Source: Hormiphora californensis (Eukaryota > Animalia > Ctenophora). From it: DNA of 64,000 nt. Below the pieces are notes generated by a model, which was not told the origin of the DNA, searched no databases, and saw nothing but the letters and a program-made list of their open reading frames with translations. A program made the translations under genes and the position numbers. Where the stretch lies: the NCBI GenBank assembly GCA_020137815.1, contig CM035360.1, forward strand, positions 1,550,001-1,614,000, in the 5' to 3' direction. This document shows positions 63,823 through 64,000 of the stretch, one piece after another; within the stretch, counting starts at the first letter, position 1, and each line of letters opens with the position of its first letter.

Positions 63823-64000
63823 CTGTAGAGAGATGATATTGATAAATTTAATTTAATGATTTATAATAATAATTTAGTTTATTTAGATAAATTCGGAATA
63901 AATTCAAGTGCTAATCAGTATTACTTAGCTTGTAAATTAAGGGATGCTGGTGACAGTTTTAACAAAACTACTCGTTTGGATTTGTAATCATTATATGTAT

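Overview
Intron-rich animal (invertebrate) genomic DNA with GT-AG introns, many (GA)n/(CT)n microsatellites and dense non-autonomous DNA transposons. A ctenophore-like origin is a guess, not shown. I reconstructed six host genes by hand. On the minus strand: Pumilio (14441->374), an intronless Sulfotransfer_2-family gene nested in GPD2 intron 7 (36332->35133), a two-KH NOVA-like gene (58888->55157) and the last two exons of STT3 (63822->60236, with an apparent 1-nt frameshift). On the plus strand: a KIAA0319/AAVR-like receptor with extra EGF repeats (17231->30795) and mitochondrial glycerol-3-phosphate dehydrogenase GPD2 (31430->52317). GPD2 introns also hold a solo LINE ORF1-like frame and a 3.85-kb foldback element. 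The most striking pattern recurs in at least nine introns of three genes: the 3' splice-site junction (pyrimidine tract + AG + first exon bases, often with a YTAAC-like branch motif) is tandemly duplicated 2-30 times. Nearly every upstream copy leads to an in-frame stop or a frameshift, and many junctions read AG|GT. Some donor sites are duplicated in the same way. Exon coordinates were read manually and need RNA-seq confirmation.
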